Assembly (NCBI GenBank): GCA_041663005.1
Contig: JBAZRK010000002.1
Span: 128,740 to 192,739, forward strand
Direction: 5' to 3'
Length of the DNA stretch: 64,000 nt
From: Minisyncoccota bacterium
Lineage (GTDB): Bacteria > Patescibacteriota > Minisyncoccia > Phycocordibacterales > UBA9973
Positions 27,450-36,509 of this stretch are shown here, piece by piece. The position numbers were made by a program, and so were the translations under genes. The notes below the pieces were generated by a model. The model was not told the origin of the DNA and searched no databases. It was given only the letters and a program-made list of their open reading frames with translations. Numbering within the stretch: position 1 is the stretch's first letter; every line of letters begins with the position of its first letter.

Positions 27450-28757
27450 CTAATTACGTAATATATTACGTAACTTTTCCAATAATTTTATGCTTGAAGT
27501 TAATGCACCTTCGGTTGAGGGATTTTCAAGGTAGTCGCCGCAGAAATACACATGGTTTTTGGAATCATCGGGCCGGTTAAGAAATTTTGTTACTGATTTT
27601 GTAAACCCTGGATAAATAATAGGAGTCGCAGATTCCCACGTTCTCATTTCCAGAATATCTAAATCCTCTATATCTGGGAATTCTTCTTTTAGTAAATACA
27701 AAATATTATCAGAATTAAAATTACCTGTTTTGATCAAAGATTTGTAAGTATTTGCACGCAAAGAAGCAATGAACGTTACTCTACCCGAGGCGTCCTTTTT
27801 TGATCCCACCTTACCCAATGCCGTAAAGTTTGATTTCTCGGCGGGCAGGAATTCTATGACCTTAAATCTAGGAAATAAATCGGTTTTACCCTCACACAAT
27901 ATTTGAACCGTGCTGGCATATCTTATACTTGAGAAAAATGTTTTTTCCTCCGGCGATGGGGTTTTTAGGATGTCGAGAACATAAACTCCAGGTATCGCAA
28001 TTATTGCATTTTTTGCCTCATGCATTTTTATTTGCTTGTTGTTTATTGCAGTGATAAAAACACCATCGCGTGTTTGTTTTACCGACGTTACTTTTGTGTT
28101 TAATTCGACTGGAACTTCCGCTGCCATTTTTTGACACAATTGGCCTACCCCTTCTCTAAAAGTGAAAGTCTTAATCTTTACCAATTTTAACAACACAGAG
28201 TAAAAGGCGAGTCGAGAGAAATCTTTTGTTGGATAAAAAAGAACATTTTGATTAAAAAGCTCTACGACATGGTCATACCCTTCATGCCCAGCAAAATCTC
28301 GAAAATCATCGCGGATGCTTTTGTCGTCCAACTGTAAAGCGTCTTCAAGTTTGTAAAAATCTATTTTTCTATACTGAATCAAACGTACCAGCGTGGCAAA
28401 ACAAAGTTGCAGCTTGGCTTTAAAGGATATACCGTTGTAGAGAAATGCGCCCGCAAATCTTTTTTGACCATCAAAAGGGTAAAGTTTGCCGTTTTTAACT
28501 ATAGCTGCTTGCTTTAGATTTATAGGCACGAGTTCCACCCCTAATTCCTTTGCAAGGGGTAACATATACTTATATAAATTTGCTATGAATTTAGCCCCGA
28601 AATCTACCGGCTGGCCGTTTACAAAATTAGTAGACATCCTACCGCCAAAATAGGATTCCTGTTCTAAAACCAGCACCTTTTTACCTCGCTGTTTAAGCCT
28701 GTAAGCTGTGTGGAGACCGGCTATGCCAGAACCTATGATAATATAATCAAATTGCAT
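27450..28757 (-). CDS. FAD-dependent oxidoreductase (amine oxidase/HemY/desaturase superfamily)
   Basis: IIGSGIAGL, E...GGRM, DFGA, YFCGDY...STEGA. Confidence 0.85.
   Translation of the reverse strand: MQFDYIIIGSGIAGLHTAYRLKQRGKKVLVLEQESYFGGRMSTNFVNGQPVDFGAKFIANLYKYMLPLAKELGVELVPINLKQAAIVKNGKLYPFDGQKRFAGAFLYNGISFKAKLQLCFATLVRLIQYRKIDFYKLEDALQLDDKSIRDDFRDFAGHEGYDHVVELFNQNVLFYPTKDFSRLAFYSVLLKLVKIKTFTFREGVGQLCQKMAAEVPVELNTKVTSVKQTRDGVFITAINNKQIKMHEAKNAIIAIPGVYVLDILKTPSPEEKTFFSSIRYASTVQILCEGKTDLFPRFKVIEFLPAEKSNFTALGKVGSKKDASGRVTFIASLRANTYKSLIKTGNFNSDNILYLLKEEFPDIEDLDILEMRTWESATPIIYPGFTKSVTKFLNRPDDSKNHVYFCGDYLENPSTEGALTSSIKLLEKLRNILRN
27454..27473. repeat. perfect 20-bp palindrome
   Basis: TTACGTAATATATTACGTAA; 18-bp core repeated at 31607-31624. 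Confidence 0.9.
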
Positions 28758-28850
28758 TTTACTCTATTATTTTTCTCTCGACCCTTTTAATGCCGGGCAG
28801 AAAAAGGAATCGGATAATTTTTTGCAGAATTTTTTCCATGACAATATCTA

Positions 28851-29588
28851 TTATGGCAATTTGTGCTCGATACTAAATTCGTATAAAACAACTACACAGG
28901 GGGCACTCAAGATCACTATGAATAAAAATTCTTCCAAAGGAAATGGATAAGGAACGTAACCCATAAACCCTAAATATTTTCCTGGAAAGTCCCAGTGGTG
29001 CAAGAAGTTGCCTGTCATTTCAAACAATAAAAGCAAAAATGCCATGAAGGATGCAGGAATAAGCATACTTTTAGACAGGTATTTGTATTTCCACAAAGCA
29101 ACACCTAGAAACATTATAGCAAACAGACACATGTAGAAATAAGGGTATGCTAAATTTAGGCTAATAACCATTAACAATAAAAGTATGGCCAGAGATAAAA
29201 TTGGTAAGATAAAAAATCTTAACCTTAAACGCACGGGCGATTTGGGTAAAGCTAGCGTGTGATAAAGCATCACTGTTACATAACAATAAAGAAGAACCCA
29301 TATTATATCGTCTACAGGCAGAGATCCGCTCAGTAGTCGGAAAGGGAATATCGTGTTTGGTATATACCAAACTTTGTATATAAAGGCATAATAATCTACA
29401 GGCAAAAGAATTGGCACCATCGCAAATGCAGAAAACAAAAGAGAGGAGGATATGTTTTCAGGGCGACGGAATGATAGTATGAATGCCAAAGGAACAAAAA
29501 ATAAAAGGGTTGATATGAGGTAATTAGCACTCAAAAAAATCGAAACAGTTGCGGCTCCAATAGGGAATAGCAGGAAAACAAAATTCAT
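28851..29588 (-). CDS. polytopic membrane protein, tandem lycopene-cyclase-like domains
   Basis: Repeated W..P...LPVDDIIW / WDFP...FPLEEFLF motifs; start at MNFVFLL. Confidence 0.6.
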   Translation of the reverse strand: MNFVFLLFPIGAATVSIFLSANYLISTLLFFVPLAFILSFRRPENISSSLLFSAFAMVPILLPVDYYAFIYKVWYIPNTIFPFRLLSGSLPVDDIIWVLLYCYVTVMLYHTLALPKSPVRLRLRFFILPILSLAILLLLMVISLNLAYPYFYMCLFAIMFLGVALWKYKYLSKSMLIPASFMAFLLLLFEMTGNFLHHWDFPGKYLGFMGYVPYPFPLEEFLFIVILSAPCVVVLYEFSIEHKLP

Positions 29589-29646
29589 ACTTTCTATATG
29601 ATACAATAACGTAGTGACTAAGCAAAGCTTGGATCTTAAAGACAAA

Positions 29647-30312
29647 ATGATTTATGCCCACAAGGGCTATTTTGACAGGGAGTCGGTAAAACATTACCGC
29701 GAAAATTCAGTAGAGGTTTGTAAAATTGCCAGTACGAAAGATTATATAAAAGCCATAGAAGTTGACGTGCGAAAATCCAGCGACGGCATTTTATATTGCT
29801 ACCATGGTAATTTTTGGCAGTATATTTTCTTACTAAAAATTCCACAAACCTTCACTACGCTCCAGAAAAAATACCATGTCGCAACTCTCAAAGATATTTT
29901 AAGCGTTATTTCTTCAGACAAAATTATCGCGCTCGATATCAAAGATACCAAAATAACTAAGGCAGATATTTTGAATGCTTTTGCGGGCAAAAAATTCAAG
30001 GAAGTAGTCATAATTAATAAATCTACTGCTTATCTGGAGCGTTTTGATAATATGTCCAAAGAGTTTGTAAAAATGTTGAACGTGAATGTGTTTCCCGCTT
30101 TTTGCAATCTGGAAAAACTGAAAGGCGATAACTTTAAGTATTTCGAAATCCTTTTTCCTTTCCTGGCAACCAAAAAGATTTTACAAAAAATAAAAGATAG
30201 CGGCCTGGAATGGACAGGTTTTCCTGCAATTATTTTCACGAGCGAGGAAAGTTATCGAGAATGCGTAGAGAAATATAAAATTCCCTACCTACCCGCCCAC
30301 TTATTTTATTGA
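29647..30312 (+). CDS. glycerophosphodiester phosphodiesterase-like protein
   Basis: AHKG, ENS, IEVDVRKSSDGILYCYH, LDIK. Confidence 0.75.
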   Translation: MIYAHKGYFDRESVKHYRENSVEVCKIASTKDYIKAIEVDVRKSSDGILYCYHGNFWQYIFLLKIPQTFTTLQKKYHVATLKDILSVISSDKIIALDIKDTKITKADILNAFAGKKFKEVVIINKSTAYLERFDNMSKEFVKMLNVNVFPAFCNLEKLKGDNFKYFEILFPFLATKKILQKIKDSGLEWTGFPAIIFTSEESYRECVEKYKIPYLPAHLFY

Positions 30313-30315
30313 CCG

Positions 30316-31134
30316 ATGAAGTTAAAAATTTTTACAGCGAACATAGCATTTGGGCTCAAGGGAATGGACAATCTTTTAGTAAATACTATTGGGCATTTGG
30401 TATTTCACGGCTGGTCCATGATAGCTTTATTTTTAAATCCTACCTCTTTTAAAAATCGCAAAAAAACGCTGAACCCCCGAAGAATCTCGTACATAAAAAA
30501 GCACAGTAGCCTTGCGTCGATACTGGAAGTAATAAAAAAAGAAAAACCGGACATTTTGATGTTAAATGAGTTAATAAAGCAAATCCAATGTAGTGAAATC
30601 GAAAAAGAGCTGTCTGCTTTAGGGTATTCTTCAATTTATTTCGGTTATTCGGCACACCATGATGACGCCACGGTTTCTTCTCTCGTTGCATCTAAAATAA
30701 AAGGAGAAAAATTGGCGATAGAATTTACCGAAGGGGCTCATGCGGGTGGCGGGGGAGGTATTGTCGGGCTAAGGCTTGTGCAGTCAAACATAACCGTGGT
30801 AGGAGTACATATGTGTACGCCTAAATTTCCATGGTTATATGACGCGCAAATTGCAGATATAGTAAAATTTTTAGAGACCGAAAAATTACTTGGGCGGGAA
30901 GTTATAATTGCAGGGGATTGGAATGCGTCAACACTTTTTCTTAAAAAATACCCCGCATTTTCAAAACTGAATCTTATAAATAGCGAAGGGGATATGCTTA
31001 CTTGTCCTACGTTTTTACCAAAGCTCGAGCCCCTAGACCATATCTTTGTCCCGCAGAATTTTAAAACTATAAATTCCAAAACGATCGCTTTCGGTTCGGA
31101 CCATTTGGCTGTAAGTGTTGAAGTGGGAAAATAA
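30316..31134 (+). CDS. endonuclease/exonuclease/phosphatase family protein
   Basis: TANI, PDILMLNE, IAGDWN, LDHIF, SDH. Confidence 0.88.
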   Translation: MKLKIFTANIAFGLKGMDNLLVNTIGHLVFHGWSMIALFLNPTSFKNRKKTLNPRRISYIKKHSSLASILEVIKKEKPDILMLNELIKQIQCSEIEKELSALGYSSIYFGYSAHHDDATVSSLVASKIKGEKLAIEFTEGAHAGGGGGIVGLRLVQSNITVVGVHMCTPKFPWLYDAQIADIVKFLETEKLLGREVIIAGDWNASTLFLKKYPAFSKLNLINSEGDMLTCPTFLPKLEPLDHIFVPQNFKTINSKTIAFGSDHLAVSVEVGK

Positions 31135-31138
31135 TATA

Positions 31139-31613
31139 ATGGAAGACTTACCAATAAAAATAAACAACGACAAATATCAAGTTTTTCTTTTTACTAGCAG
31201 ATGTCCACTGCCCATCCCCTTCGCTTCCCACCTGTGGTTTGTCATAAATAAAAAAGGAGCGCTATATAGATATGAAGTTACTAATCATAAAAATCCGAAA
31301 GGCGTAAAACATTGGGGGCACATAGCTTTAAATTTCCTACCCTTTTTTTTCTGGAATGAGTGTAATTCCTTACTATAAAAAAATTTGTTTCAAGGCGAAA
31401 CTTTTAAGTCAAATCGAAGGCGACGAAAAAAGCATAGCCAGGTTAATGGCGGATTTTATAGAAAATTCTCCGAATACGTATGCCCACCGCGATGTTTATC
31501 ATTTTGTTGGACCCAACAGCAATACTTACGCAGCTTGGGTTCTGCGCAATTTTCCGGAGTTTAAAGCCGCATTGCCCAGGAATGCTTTCGGAAAAAATTA
31601 CAAATGTACGTAA
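31139..31613 (+). pseudogene. DUF3750-like gene split by a frameshift in a T8 run
   Basis: HLWFV in first frame, GPNSNTY in second; removing one T at 31343-31350 fuses them. Confidence 0.65.
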
Positions 31614-31628
31614 TATATTACGTACATT
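31603..31628. repeat. perfect 26-bp palindrome
   Basis: AATGTACGTAATATATTACGTACATT. Confidence 0.9.
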
Positions 31629-31713
31629 GAAAGAGGACTCAAATGTGATAGAATAGCCCTATACACCCCCTATGGATGAGGCGGGGTGGATTTGTGTTAT
31701 ACGGCACAATTTT

Positions 31714-34380
31714 ATGAAAACCGATAAAAATATAGACCCTCCTTCGCGTAAAGCTACGGACGGGCAAAGCAAAATAATAGTTAAGGGTGCTAGGACGCAC
31801 AACTTAAAGAATATAAGCGTAGAAATGCCTCGCAATAAAATGGTGGTAATTACCGGTGTTTCGGGGTCTGGAAAGTCATCTCTTGCCTTCGACACTATCT
31901 TCGCCGAAGGGCAGAGGAGGTATGTGGAATCCCTCTCTTCTTATGCGCGGCAATTTTTGAACCAAATGCCCAAGCCGGATGTGGACGAAATTTCCGGCCT
32001 GTCGCCCGCGATCTCCATCGACCAAAAATCACGCTCCAACAATCCGCGTTCTACGGTGGCAACCATCACGGAGATTTATGACTACCTCCGCGTCATGTAC
32101 GCCCGCATCGGGCACCCACATTGTCCGCAATGTGGAGAAGAGATTAAAAAACTTTCCAACGAAGAAATTTTAAATTTTGTTATTGGGAAAGTTTTTTCGA
32201 GGTCGGACCTCAAGAATTCCCGAGGTCCGACCTCTAGGCGGAAGGTGATGGGCGTGGAGTGGGACGAGACCGAGATAAGTATTTTCTCTCCGGTGGTGAG
32301 GGGCAGAAAGGGGGAGTACTACCAGCTCCTGTACGATTTACTTGGAAAAGGTTTCGCCGAAATACGCCTCGACGGAGCTGCGAAGAAGCTCCGTGAACAG
32401 ATTACGCTTTCTAAAAACAAGGCCCACAACATCGACATCCTGATAGACCGTTTCGCTGTTCACGAATTTACCGACGACAAAGACGCGAGCCGAATGCGCT
32501 TGGCAGAAGCCATTGAGCGCGCCTTGATAGAGTCAGATAGTTTGGTAACTATTAAAATTGGCGAGGAGGAATTTATTATGTCAGCGAAGTTTGCCTGTAA
32601 GAACGATGGATTTTCTTTCCCCGAAGTTGAGCCCAGGCTTTTCTCCTTCAATTCTCCATACGGAGCCTGCCCGGTATGTAACGGCTTAGGGTCCAAATAT
32701 TTTATGGGTGACGAACCTTGTGACGCTTGTCATGGCGCGCGATTGCGGCCCGAAGCGCTGAATGTTTTCTTGAGGTCGGACCTCAAGAATTCCCGAGGCC
32801 CGACCTCGAAGAGCGGACTAAACATACTTGATATTTCATCACTTTCTATTAAGGACGCCCACGACTTCTTCAAGAATTTGAAACTCTCGGAGCAAGAGAA
32901 AGAAATTTCTGTACCAGTAGTGCGCGAGATAGAAGCGCGGTTACAGTTTATGCTCGATGTGGGCCTCGACTACCTCCAGCTTTCAAGAAAAGCCAATACT
33001 CTCTCGGGCGGAGAAGCACAACGAATAAGGCTTGCTTCCCAGCTGGGCTCACGTCTTGTCGGAGCGTTGTATGTGCTAGATGAACCCACGATTGGTCTCC
33101 ACCAGCGCGACAATGACCGACTGATAAAAACTTTGCAAAATTTGCGCGATCTAGGGAATACCATACTTATAGTGGAACACGACGAGGACACTATTTACGC
33201 CTCGGACTACATTGTCGACATAGGGCCAAAGGCCGGAGTTCACGGGGGCGAAGTAATTGTGTCCGGATATTTAGAAGACTTACTTACCGCAAAGAAGAAT
33301 CCTAATAATTCTCGTACCCTCGCCTACCTCCGCGAGGAAACTCGGATTGAAATTCCTAAAAAGCGCCGCGAGGCTAAAGGGGTACTGCGAATTGCCGGAG
33401 GGAAAATATTTAATATAAAAAATATGAACGTGGAGGTGCCGCTCGGTGTTATGACCTCGATTACCGGCGTGTCTGGGTCTGGTAAAAGTTCTCTTATGTA
33501 CGAGATTCTCTATAAGAACTTGCAGGCGAGGTACGAAAGGAAATATCGCACAGCGAAAATATTTAATGCCACATCTTTTTCGGGTACAGAATACCTCTCC
33601 CGCGCGATATTAATTGATCAGTCGCCCATAGGCAGAACTCCGCGTTCAAACATTGCCACTTATACGGGCTCCTTTACCCACATCCGTGACCTTTTCGCAC
33701 TAACAGAAGAGGCGCGCTTGCGGGGCTGGAAGGCTAACAGATTTTCTTTCAACGTGAAGGGCGGACGCTGCGAAGCTTGTGAAGGCAACGGTGAAATAGC
33801 CGTGGAAATGCATTTCTTGCCGACAGTGTATGTTACCTGTGATGTGTGTAATGGTAAACGTTTCGACAAAGAAACCCTCACCGTAAAATACAAAAAGAAA
33901 AATATTCACGAAGTACTGCGAATGACCGTGGAAGAGGGATTGAAATTTTTCAAAGATATTCCCGCGATTTCCGACAGGTTGCAAACTCTTATGGATGTAG
34001 GGCTTGGATATTTGGAATTGGGACAATCAGCTACAACTCTTTCGGGAGGGGAAGCGCAACGAGTAAAAATTTCGAGCGAACTGTACCGTCCACACTTAGA
34101 GAAAACAATTTATCTTTTGGATGAGCCTACCGTGGGGCTGCATTACGATGACGTCCACAAGCTGCTCGAGGTATTAAGCAAGCTCGTGTCCAAAGGTAAC
34201 ACCGTGGTCCTAATTGAGCACAACCTTGATATTATAAAAAGCTCGGACTACATTATAGACATAGGTCCTGAGGGGGGAGTAAACGGCGGGAACATAGTTG
34301 CTAAAGGTACTCCGGAAGAAGTGGCCAATAATACTAAAAGTTATACCGGTAAATATTTAAAAAAGGTTCTACGAAAATAA
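31714..34380 (+). CDS. uvrA: excinuclease ABC subunit A
   Basis: GARTHNLKN, two GVSGSGKS and two LSGGEAQR motifs, Zn fingers; start at MKTDKN. Confidence 0.98.
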   Translation: MKTDKNIDPPSRKATDGQSKIIVKGARTHNLKNISVEMPRNKMVVITGVSGSGKSSLAFDTIFAEGQRRYVESLSSYARQFLNQMPKPDVDEISGLSPAISIDQKSRSNNPRSTVATITEIYDYLRVMYARIGHPHCPQCGEEIKKLSNEEILNFVIGKVFSRSDLKNSRGPTSRRKVMGVEWDETEISIFSPVVRGRKGEYYQLLYDLLGKGFAEIRLDGAAKKLREQITLSKNKAHNIDILIDRFAVHEFTDDKDASRMRLAEAIERALIESDSLVTIKIGEEEFIMSAKFACKNDGFSFPEVEPRLFSFNSPYGACPVCNGLGSKYFMGDEPCDACHGARLRPEALNVFLRSDLKNSRGPTSKSGLNILDISSLSIKDAHDFFKNLKLSEQEKEISVPVVREIEARLQFMLDVGLDYLQLSRKANTLSGGEAQRIRLASQLGSRLVGALYVLDEPTIGLHQRDNDRLIKTLQNLRDLGNTILIVEHDEDTIYASDYIVDIGPKAGVHGGEVIVSGYLEDLLTAKKNPNNSRTLAYLREETRIEIPKKRREAKGVLRIAGGKIFNIKNMNVEVPLGVMTSITGVSGSGKSSLMYEILYKNLQARYERKYRTAKIFNATSFSGTEYLSRAILIDQSPIGRTPRSNIATYTGSFTHIRDLFALTEEARLRGWKANRFSFNVKGGRCEACEGNGEIAVEMHFLPTVYVTCDVCNGKRFDKETLTVKYKKKNIHEVLRMTVEEGLKFFKDIPAISDRLQTLMDVGLGYLELGQSATTLSGGEAQRVKISSELYRPHLEKTIYLLDEPTVGLHYDDVHKLLEVLSKLVSKGNTVVLIEHNLDIIKSSDYIIDIGPEGGVNGGNIVAKGTPEEVANNTKSYTGKYLKKVLRK
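31737..31770. repeat. palindromic element in frame at uvrA N terminus (PPSRKATDGQS)
   Basis: CCCTCCTTCGCGTAAAGCTACGGACGGGCAAAGC, imperfect hairpin; ends approximate. Confidence 0.65.
32199..32234. repeat. 36-bp REP-doublet-like element in uvrA, copy 1
   Basis: GAGGTCGGACCTC-AAGAATTCCC-GAGGTCCGACCTC. Confidence 0.9.
32772..32807. repeat. 36-bp REP-doublet-like element in uvrA, copy 2
   Basis: Identical to copy 1 except one T>C. Confidence 0.9.
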
Positions 34381-34400
34381 TGGTTCGATAAGCTCACCAT
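34380..34400. repeat. small hairpin element filling the uvrA-uvrC spacer
   Basis: ATGGTTCGATAAGCTCACCAT. Confidence 0.55.
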
Positions 34401-34404
34401 AAAA

Positions 34405-35640
34405 ATGGAACTCAAAAATCTAAAAAAATTAAACCCCGAAGGAAAGCAGAATAAAAATATAGCTTCCTACGGGGCAGGACTTCCCAATAGTCCTGGCGTT
34501 TACTTTTTCATGAGAGGTCGGAAGATTTTATATATCGGCAAGGCGACATCCTTACGGGATAGAGTGAGGAGTTACTGGAGCAAGGATTTAATCGAGACGC
34601 GCGGGCCCATTGTGGCAGATATGGTTTTTCAAGCAGACAAGGTGGAGTGGCAGGCTACTGACACCGTTCTCGAAGCGCTTATACTCGAAGCCAATTTAAT
34701 TAAAAAGCACCAACCCCAAGCCAACACTAAGGAGAAGGATAATAAGAGTTTTAATTATGTTTGTATAACCCGAGAGAAATTACCAAGGGTTTTAGTAGTA
34801 AGAGGAAGAGTTTTGGAAAATTACAAAGGAAGTATCTTCGGCCCATACACTAACGGCAGGCAGCTAGGTGAGGCGCTAAAAATTGTGCGTCGAATATTCC
34901 CATTTATCGATGACAGCTCGAGCAAGAAACAGAATTATCAATTTTACAAGCAAATCGGACTTACCCCTGACACCAAGGCACCCAGCGAACTTTATTTAAG
35001 CAACATAAAATACCTTAAACTGTTTTTCGCCGGAAAAAAGAAATCAGTAATGCGAGAAATTAAAAAAGAGATGATGCAGAGGGCTAAAAATCGCGAATTC
35101 GAACAAGCTACCGAATTGAAAAGACAGCTTTTTGCCATACAGCACATTAATGATGTTGCACTTATAAAAGAAGAAAACCTAAACCCCTCGATTTTTAGAA
35201 TTGAGGCGTACGACATAGCGCATATGTCGGGGAAAAGTATGGTGGGTGTGATGACGGTGGTGGACGGACACGAACCGGACAAAAGCCAATATAGGAAATT
35301 TAGAATCCGCACCCAAGAAGGTGCAAACGACACCGGCGCGCTTAAGGAGGTACTCACAAGGCGCCTTGCTCACGAAGAATGGCCTTACCCGAATCTTATT
35401 GTAATGGATGGTTTCACCGCCCAAATAAATTCTGCTAAAAAAGCGCTAGGAGAAGCAGGAATGAACATACCCGTCGTCTCAGTTATTAAAGACGAACGTC
35501 ACCGCCCGAGAGGATTCGGTGGCGACAAAGAACTCGCACACAAATATGAGCGGGAAATACTTCTTGCCAACAGCGAAGCACACCGCTTCGCCATTACTTA
35601 CCATAAAAATTTACGCGGGAAAAAGTTTTTAGGTAAATAA
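34405..35640 (+). CDS. uvrC: excinuclease ABC subunit C (short; no C-terminal HhH)
   Basis: PGVY...YIGKA..LRDRVRSY GIY-YIG, UVR, RIEAYDIAH, IVMDG, EAHRFAITYH. Confidence 0.92.
   Translation: MELKNLKKLNPEGKQNKNIASYGAGLPNSPGVYFFMRGRKILYIGKATSLRDRVRSYWSKDLIETRGPIVADMVFQADKVEWQATDTVLEALILEANLIKKHQPQANTKEKDNKSFNYVCITREKLPRVLVVRGRVLENYKGSIFGPYTNGRQLGEALKIVRRIFPFIDDSSSKKQNYQFYKQIGLTPDTKAPSELYLSNIKYLKLFFAGKKKSVMREIKKEMMQRAKNREFEQATELKRQLFAIQHINDVALIKEENLNPSIFRIEAYDIAHMSGKSMVGVMTVVDGHEPDKSQYRKFRIRTQEGANDTGALKEVLTRRLAHEEWPYPNLIVMDGFTAQINSAKKALGEAGMNIPVVSVIKDERHRPRGFGGDKELAHKYEREILLANSEAHRFAITYHKNLRGKKFLGK
34434..34478. repeat. 45-bp palindromic element in frame in uvrC
   Basis: CCCCGAAGGAAAGC...GCTTCCTACGGGG-CAGG. 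Confidence 0.8.
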
Positions 35641-35643
35641 AGT

Positions 35644-35712
35644 ATCCCCGTAGTGAATTTTGGCGACGCGCAAAGCGCAACGAAGTTATCGCCAAAATCT
35701 ACTACAGGGTAT
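35644..35712. repeat. intergenic hairpin element between uvrC and udg
   Basis: CCCCGTAGT-GA-ATTTTGGCGA...TCGCCAAAAT-CT-ACTACAGGG. Confidence 0.75.
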
Positions 35713-35721
35713 AATAAGCAT

Positions 35722-36279
35722 ATGACCAAGCAAGAGGAGCTGGAACACTTAAAGATCGAAATTGAGCAAAATAAAGCTCTGCCGCTCGATACTAATCTCG
35801 TTTTCGGGGAAGGCAATCCGGACTGCGAAATACTTTTTATCGGAGAGGCTCCTGGTATGAATGAGGACCGCGATAGGCGCCCATTCGTGGGCCGTGCTGG
35901 GCAATTATTACGCAAAAATATTCGCGACCTTGGTTGGAAGGAAGAGGATGTATATATCACTAACATAGTTAAACGCCGCCCCCCGGAAAATCGCGATCCT
36001 TTACCTGAAGAAATTGAAAGTTATAAGCCCTACTTGGCGAAGCAAATAGAAATACTCCAGCCTAAAATAATTATTCCCCTCGGGCGATTTTCTATGAACT
36101 ACTTCTTGCCCCTGGCGAAAATCACTCGCGACCAGGGCAAACTTTTCAAGACAGGGAAGTATTTCATCTTGCCGATGCTTCACCCCGCCGCGGCGTTGCG
36201 GGGCAACACGAATATGGCAATGTTCGTGGAAACGTTTAAAAAATTACCTCGAGCACTCGAGAAAGTCAAAAGTTTATGA
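35722..36279 (+). CDS. udg: uracil-DNA glycosylase, family 4
   Basis: GEAPG, PFVGRAG, RPPENRDP, HPAAALR. Confidence 0.92.
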   Translation: MTKQEELEHLKIEIEQNKALPLDTNLVFGEGNPDCEILFIGEAPGMNEDRDRRPFVGRAGQLLRKNIRDLGWKEEDVYITNIVKRRPPENRDPLPEEIESYKPYLAKQIEILQPKIIIPLGRFSMNYFLPLAKITRDQGKLFKTGKYFILPMLHPAAALRGNTNMAMFVETFKKLPRALEKVKSL

Positions 36280-36329
36280 AACTCATGAGTTTTACATTTT
36301 AGCTTAACAGTTGTATTATTTAAGCGATT

Positions 36330-36491
36330 ATGACACCAGAGGAACAAGCCAAAAAAATCGAGGAAATATATAATGACGCCATGCAAAAGCTGGAAAAGCT
36401 TGGTGGTGAGCGCAAAGAAATTATTCGTAGCTATATCAAAGAACTCGAAGTTCAAAAAGTTAATGCGATTCGAGCATCGTTGGGATTATAA
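36330..36491 (+). CDS. small helical hypothetical protein (53 aa)
   Basis: Manual translation MTPEEQAKKIEEIYNDAMQKLEKLGGERKEIIRSYIKELEVQKVNAIRASLGL*. Confidence 0.7.
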   Translation: MTPEEQAKKIEEIYNDAMQKLEKLGGERKEIIRSYIKELEVQKVNAIRASLGL

Positions 36492-36509
36492 GATAACTGA
36501 GATATTTTT

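Noticed and set aside
27244-27453. 69-aa + strand ORF
   Set aside because: Starts within the IS30 remnant; no recognisable family
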